Source of the DNA: Bacteroidota bacterium
GTDB taxonomy: Bacteria > Bacteroidota > Bacteroidia > Cytophagales > Cyclobacteriaceae
Assembly (NCBI GenBank): GCA_022567155.1
Contig: JADFHN010000073.1
Coordinates: 1 to 19,087 of the forward strand
Length of the DNA: 19,087 bases
Direction of reading: 5' to 3'
Below are positions 16,292-19,087 of this stretch, one piece after another. A model generated the notes under the pieces. It was not told the DNA's origin and did no database searches. It saw nothing but the letters and a program-made list of their open reading frames with translations. The translations under genes and the position numbers were made by a program. Positions within the stretch are counted from its first letter, which is position 1. Each line of letters opens with the position of its first letter.

Positions 16292-17578
16292 ATGTCCATT
16301 AAAGCAGAAATAAAAGTAGACGGTAAATCGTACGAACTTCCTGTTGTTGAAGGAACTGAAAAAGAAATAGCCATCGATATCGGTAATTTTCGTAGCGTTT
16401 CCGGATTGATCACACTTGATTTCGGCTTTAAGAATACCGGATCCACTAAAAGTGCAATAACATTTCTTGACGGTGAGAAAGGAATACTCAGGTACAGAGG
16501 GTATCCGATCGACCAGTTGGCAGAGAAATCGAGCTTTCTGGAGGTTGCCTACCTGCTAATTTATGGCAAACTTCCTGATAAGAATGAGTTTAATAGTTTT
16601 CAGGAAGCTATCTATGAGCATACGCTTGTGCATGAAGACATTAAAAAGATTCTGGATGGATTTCCATCAACCGCACATCCGATGGGTGTGTTGTCTTCGC
16701 TGATTTGTTCGTTGACGGCTTTTTATCCTGAATCGCTTGATCCAAACCGTTCCTGGGAAGAGGTTAATCTGAGCATCAACAGGATCATCGCCAAGATTAC
16801 TACATTTGCTGCCTGGGCCTACAAACATCAGCAAGGCCATCCGGTAAATTATCCGGGAAAATACGATGATTATACGGCTGACTTGCTCCATATGATGTTT
16901 AAATATCCGGGTAAGGAATACGAGGTTAAGCCCGTAGTAAGCAGGGCGCTTGACAAGCTGCTGATCCTTCACGCCGACCATGAGCAGAACTGCTCCACAT
17001 CTACGGTCCGGATCGTAGGTTCGTCGCATGCGAGTATGTATGCTTCGGTATCCGCCGGAATCAATGCATTATGGGGCCCGCTGCATGGCGGTGCCAACCA
17101 GGCTGTCATCGAAATGCTCGAAGCTATCAAAGCCGACGGCGGAGACACGGACAAGTGGATGGCGAAAGCCAAAGACAAGGATGATCCGTTCAGATTAATG
17201 GGATTTGGCCACCGGGTATATAAAAACTTTGATCCCCGGGCAAAAATTATCAAGGTAGCTGCAGATGAAGTGCTGGAAGCGCTTGGGGTGGATGACCCCG
17301 TCTTGAAAATCGCCAAAGGACTGGAGGAAGTTGCACTGCGGGATAATTATTTTATCGAAAGAAAACTCTATCCCAATGTTGATTTCTACTCGGGCATCAT
17401 TTACAGAGCCCTGGGAATTCCTATAGAAATGTTTACCGTAATGTTCGCCATCGGCAGGCTGCCCGGCTGGATAGCCCAGTGGAAGGAAATGCGGGAAAAT
17501 AAAGAACCAATCGGCAGACCCAGGCAAATTTATATTGGTGAAAATGAACGCGATTATGTAGCTATTGATCAGCGGTAA
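16292..17578 (+). CDS. gltA: Citrate synthase (type II)
   Basis: 428 aa. The citrate synthase signature GFGHRVYKNFDPR is present, together with the conserved catalytic His/Asp context (HADHEQNCSTSTVR). Confidence 0.95.
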   Translation: MSIKAEIKVDGKSYELPVVEGTEKEIAIDIGNFRSVSGLITLDFGFKNTGSTKSAITFLDGEKGILRYRGYPIDQLAEKSSFLEVAYLLIYGKLPDKNEFNSFQEAIYEHTLVHEDIKKILDGFPSTAHPMGVLSSLICSLTAFYPESLDPNRSWEEVNLSINRIIAKITTFAAWAYKHQQGHPVNYPGKYDDYTADLLHMMFKYPGKEYEVKPVVSRALDKLLILHADHEQNCSTSTVRIVGSSHASMYASVSAGINALWGPLHGGANQAVIEMLEAIKADGGDTDKWMAKAKDKDDPFRLMGFGHRVYKNFDPRAKIIKVAADEVLEALGVDDPVLKIAKGLEEVALRDNYFIERKLYPNVDFYSGIIYRALGIPIEMFTVMFAIGRLPGWIAQWKEMRENKEPIGRPRQIYIGENERDYVAIDQR

Positions 17579-17598
17579 GGAATTTGCTAAAATTATCA

Positions 17599-17643
17599 GG
17601 ACCTCCGGAGCATACGTATGCTTTGGAGGTCTTTTATATTTAT
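17599..17643 (+). terminator. Rho-independent terminator of gltA
   Basis: The stem ggacctcc...ggaggtc encloses a perfect 14-nt palindrome agcatacgtatgct (17609-17622) and is followed by cttttatatttatt. Confidence 0.7.
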
Positions 17644-17673
17644 TATACTTTGGCACAGTAAATCATTTGCTAA

Positions 17674-17940
17674 ATGGACATAGAAGAAAAATTTGAGCAG
17701 GCTGTACATCACTCCGGAAAACTGACGCAAAAACCCGGCAATGATGAGTTACTGAAACTCTATGCCCTGTATAAACAGGCTACCGAAGGTGATGTGACCG
17801 GCGAAAGACCCGGAGGGTTTGACTTTAAGGGAGCTGCAAAATACGATGTATGGCTTGCAATGAAAGGAAAGGGATCGACTGAATGTATGGAGGAATACAT
17901 CATCTTTGTGAACGACCTTCATGCGAAATATAACGAGTAA
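17674..17940 (+). CDS. Acyl-CoA-binding protein (ACBP, 88 aa)
   Basis: The motifs KLYALYKQATEGD and KYDVWLAMKG match the ACBP signature (ALYKQAT.GD; K..AW). Its stop codon TAA (17938-17940) directly abuts the rsmE ATG. Confidence 0.85.
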   Translation: MDIEEKFEQAVHHSGKLTQKPGNDELLKLYALYKQATEGDVTGERPGGFDFKGAAKYDVWLAMKGKGSTECMEEYIIFVNDLHAKYNE

Positions 17941-18645
17941 ATGCAATTATTCTATCAGCCTGACATCAAAAAGGGAATTCATTTTCTTAATGAAGAAGAG
18001 TCGAGGCACTGCATAAAAGTGCTTCGTAAAACCAGGGACGATATTATAAACATCACAGACGGCAAGGGTCTGTTTTTTACCGCGCGTATTACGAAGCCGG
18101 ATTTCAGAAAGTGCGGGTTTGACATCGTTGATATAATACGTGAACCACAAAAAAACCATTCCATCCACATTGCCATTTCTCCTGTCAAAAACATGGACCG
18201 AACAGCATGGTTTGTCGAAAAAAGTGTGGAACTCGGCATTGACAGGATTAGTTTTATTCGTTGTGCGCATTCTGAACGCACTACCCTGAAAACCGACCGG
18301 CTTGAAAAAAAAGTTATCGCGGCCATCAAGCAATCAGTGCGGGCTACCATTCCGGCAATGTATCCGCTAAAGGATTTTGAAGAATTTTTAAAAAGTCAGG
18401 CGGAAAGCAATGAAATGAAGTTTATTGCATTCGTTGATGATGAAAATCCGGCATTGTTGTTTAAAGAAGCCATACCCGGCAGAAACTATTGTGTACTGAT
18501 CGGTCCGGAAGGAGATTTTACTGAAAAAGAAATTATGCTTGCATCTGACGGTGATTATAAAAAAGTAAGCCTTGGAAAGCACCGGCTCCGGACTGAAACT
18601 GCCGGTATTGCTGCCTGCCATATCCTTAATCTTGTTAATGAGTAA
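17941..18645 (+). CDS. rsmE: 16S rRNA (uracil1498-N3)-methyltransferase
   Basis: 234 aa. It has an N-terminal PUA-like segment and the C-terminal SPOUT-fold motif LIGPEGDFTEKE (GPEGG-type). Confidence 0.88.
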   Translation: MQLFYQPDIKKGIHFLNEEESRHCIKVLRKTRDDIINITDGKGLFFTARITKPDFRKCGFDIVDIIREPQKNHSIHIAISPVKNMDRTAWFVEKSVELGIDRISFIRCAHSERTTLKTDRLEKKVIAAIKQSVRATIPAMYPLKDFEEFLKSQAESNEMKFIAFVDDENPALLFKEAIPGRNYCVLIGPEGDFTEKEIMLASDGDYKKVSLGKHRLRTETAGIAACHILNLVNE

Positions 18646-18650
18646 AATAA

Positions 18651-18915
18651 TACGATCCTTTTCTGGTAGCCATGCTGGTGGCCATTGGTGTATTCAGGGA
18701 ATGCGGCGCCATGGACCTGCTGGTTGATGGTGTGCGGTATTTCTTCTCGGCTTTTGGTATCTACAGAATTTGTAGATGCTTTACCCACTGCGTTTATGCG
18801 GCAATTAAGCGGAAGCGGCGCCAGGGGCATGATGGTTGAAACAATGAACCTAAAATTGTCTATAGGATTGATAATCTTGCCCTATGGGCAGACTAACGTC
18901 ATTGATAAACAATGA
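18651..18915 (+). pseudogene. Truncated and frameshifted remnant of a nucleoside-recognition (Gate) domain membrane protein, SpmA/SpmB-like
   Basis: One frame (18651-18785) reads FLVAMLVAIGVFRECGAMDLLVDGVRYFFSAFGIY, and the +1 frame (18779-18915) continues TEFVDALPTAFMRQLSGSGARGMMVETM..., which is the family-typical continuation. About 200 N-terminal residues are missing and the frame starts straight after the rsmE stop with no Met. There is a frameshift near 18775-18780 and a premature stop at 18913-18915. Confidence 0.5.
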
Positions 18916-18921
18916 CTTCAT

Positions 18922-19002
18922 CTGGGTTAACCCAGGCATCCCGCCTTGGCGGGATTGCCTGCACTTCATCCCAAAAAGTTCTAATGAACTTTTTGGGATG
19001 AA
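18922..19002. repeat. Cluster of three consecutive perfect palindromes: ctgggttaacccag (18922-18935), atcccgcc-tt-ggcgggat (18938-18955), and a 17-bp-arm inverted repeat ttcatcccaaaaagttc-taat-gaactttttgggatgaa (18965-19002)
   Basis: Direct reading. All three are perfect. They lie immediately downstream of the decayed spmA/B-like remnant. The window ends 85 nt later. Confidence 0.45.
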
Positions 19003-19087
19003 TACGTTTGGCGTTGATTCCTTTACCGGCAGGCTTTCATCCGTTATGCAGGGAATTCCCGAAAGCACACTTTATGCATTAGTGGTT

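Noticed and set aside
16667-18350. Minus-strand ORFs antisense to gltA, ACBP and rsmE (16667-17029, 16969-17316, 17195-17656, 17749-17946, 17947-18333, 17979-18350, 18388-18621)
   Set aside because: They are antisense shadows of well-supported genes and have no motifs.
1-19087. CRISPR arrays, tRNA, rRNA, tmRNA, RNase P, SRP RNA and common riboswitches (TPP, SAM, cobalamin)
   Set aside because: I scanned for regularly spaced direct repeats, GTTCGA-type T-loop boxes and known conserved cores. None were found.

Overview
This is a chromosomal segment that looks Bacteroidetes-like. That origin is an inference from the AT-rich intergenic DNA, the relaxed lipobox signal peptide, a TTG start and the gene content. 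It is mostly housekeeping and carbohydrate-metabolism genes. In order along the window: a PfkB-family sugar kinase (+ strand), a decayed yoeB-like toxin remnant (+), and an IS1182/IS5-like insertion sequence with an intact 498-aa DDE transposase (-). Next is a minus-strand trio: a small Kazal-domain lipoprotein, a DinB/YfiT-like protein and an NmrA-like NAD(P)-binding protein. These are followed by a classical SDR oxidoreductase (+), a CutA-like small protein (-), and a roughly 900-bp ORF-free tract that holds a frameshifted partial duplicate of the SDR promoter and 5' end. After that come a 784-aa orphan GAF-domain protein (+), DoxX (-), a GH65 maltose/kojibiose phosphorylase with beta-phosphoglucomutase in a maltose-catabolism operon (-), a secreted TPR protein (+), an SPFH/prohibitin-family protein (+), citrate synthase gltA with a clear rho-independent terminator (+), a bacterial acyl-CoA-binding protein abutting rsmE (+), and a truncated, frameshifted SpmA/SpmB-like remnant (+). 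I found no rRNA, tRNA, CRISPR array, riboswitch or reverse transcriptase. The recurrent theme is gene decay (three pseudogene remnants and one IS in 19 kb) together with several compact palindromic or hairpin elements in intergenic DNA. I see no complete new multi-gene system. The most unexplained single gene is the output-less GAF protein with its long leader region.
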